From positions 114,762,001 through 114,826,000 of the forward strand of contig JBITNC010000001.1 in NCBI GenBank assembly GCA_050084985.1: DNA of 64,000 bases, read 5' to 3'. This document shows, one piece after another, positions 62,592 through 64,000 of this stretch; within the stretch, counting starts at the first letter, position 1; each line of letters begins with the position of its first letter. The stretch comes from Nageia nagi. Its lineage: Eukaryota; Plantae; Pinophyta. Under the pieces are notes generated by a model. It saw nothing but the letters and a program-made list of their open reading frames with translations, was not told the origin of the DNA and searched no databases. The translations under genes and the position numbers were made by a program.

Positions 62592-64000
62592 TTTTCACAT
62601 AGGTATGACAGTCCTTTCTACCCTCGCAACCGCCATACATCCTCTTGTACACTTTCGATTTTAATCACTAACATGAAGGGCAGATTTGAGGGTGATATAC
62701 ATCCAAGTTTGAGATAGCCTAGAATATTATTTCAAGTGATATATAACAAGGTACTACAGCTCAAAAACATTAGGGACCAAGGCATGCATTGTCAAAGGTT
62801 TATGAGTACAAATTGTACCATACTTCCCTATGATGTATGCACAAGCAAGAACCATTCAGTTTTGGAAAGTTCTAAAAGATTTGGTTTGAAGACTGCAGCA
62901 TTTGAGAAGACAGAGTTTGTGGACTTAAAAATCAGTCCACTATTGATTGATTTATGCCTAGCTTTGGTCGAGACTAGCTCTCCCAAGAACAATTCGATTT
63001 AAACAAAGGATATAGCATCGAGATACACTGAAGAGAGAGCATTTGGGAAGTGTTTGAGCAAAATTGCAGCTGATAAAAAAAGTCACACCAAGAACCTTAT
63101 CAGTTGTGATTTTCCACCATTTTGGAGCAACAAAGCATTGGGATCAGTTTGGAAGCAAAGTACAAAGTTGGATGTTGAGAAGGCATGCACCATCAACAAT
63201 ATTTTTTGCCTTTACTTCTTGGAATAGCCGCCTCCATGATTGCATCCTCTTCATATCATCAAGGGACTGTTTTGAAGAGTATGTGGATAGCTTTGTACAT
63301 TTGAAGACCATGCAAGAAAACAAGCACCACTTTTGGATTCATTTGGAATTGTTTCAAGGCAAGCAATTTGAGGAGGGAGGACTTGTAATGTCACCAGTTT
63401 AGGACATCTAGACATCATCCCTCATGCCCATTCAATGTGATCTTTAGTACTTAGATAAGGAGTATTTTATTTGTCAATTTATGTAATATCCCCAATTGTG
63501 AGAAACCTTGTAGAAGGCATAACTTTTGTCACAAGTCCGGGATTGCCAATTTGTCTTTTGGAATGGATGGAGAATCTTCTGCCAATCGTTTTGACAAGTT
63601 ACATGACATGGTTTCATCAAGGAACGAGAGATATTGCATTTTGAAGTTCGCCAGCCAAGCCAATCTCCAAGCACCATGCGCGTTGGAATCAGCCAACGAA
63701 AGTTGGCTAGAAGAAAAATAATTTATTTCAAGGTCAGCCAGGATCATAATTATTGGTATTTTCAAGGTAGAATCAACTATATAAGGAATATAAGAGCATC
63801 ATTTGAAGACATCATCTTGTGCATTCGATCTTGGATCATTCAAAGCTTAGGGATGCTTCCCTTGTCTACCTTCTAGGGTTTAAGGCTACTCCCTAGCCTA
63901 GAAGTCGCTTAGCTACACTTCCACCACCTACATTCGCCATTCTTACCCTTTGGAAGCTTGCGTTGCACATTTGGAGACTTGCGCCACCCTTGTGGAGCCT

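Larger units (their letters stand above)
56672..64000 (+). mobile_element. Gypsy-derived element C: 5' LTR 56672-57769, PBS 57771-57782, gag remnant and non-canonical internal ORF, PPT about 63370-63381, 3' LTR from 63384 to the window end
   Basis: Highly similar LTRs; tggtatcaaagc; gag MFNGSNMSIEAWLQNLRTYF...LEDIAHKWW; tail LELFQGKQFEEGGLVMSP. Confidence 0.92.

Overview
A plant nuclear, repeat-dense window, probably from a gymnosperm (inferred from the TE families and the heavy CG/CHG C-to-T decay). Almost all of it is nested, decayed retroelements: Ty1/Copia and Ty3/Gypsy LTR elements, four L1-type LINE remnants, a small non-coding LTR element and a solo LTR (both with TSDs), and three hAT-type MITEs with perfect 8-bp TSDs. 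There is no intact protein-coding gene, and most short ORFs in the supplied track are TE fragments or antisense noise. Two features stand out. (1) Two separate L1 LINEs each carry the same extra ORF downstream of ORF2 (an 'ORF3'); in one copy it is split by a 10-kb Gypsy insertion. (2) Four Gypsy-derived elements have no recognisable RT/RNaseH/integrase. Different 'cargo' reading frames (a 10-aa His/Leu repeat, a long coiled coil, an unrecognised sequence) sit between Gag-like sequence and the native Pol C-terminal tail. Possible 3'-terminal exons of a minus-strand host gene lie at about 47.1-47.6 kb. All translations, alignments and identities were done by eye. Boundaries without a TSD or TG..CA terminus are approximate.
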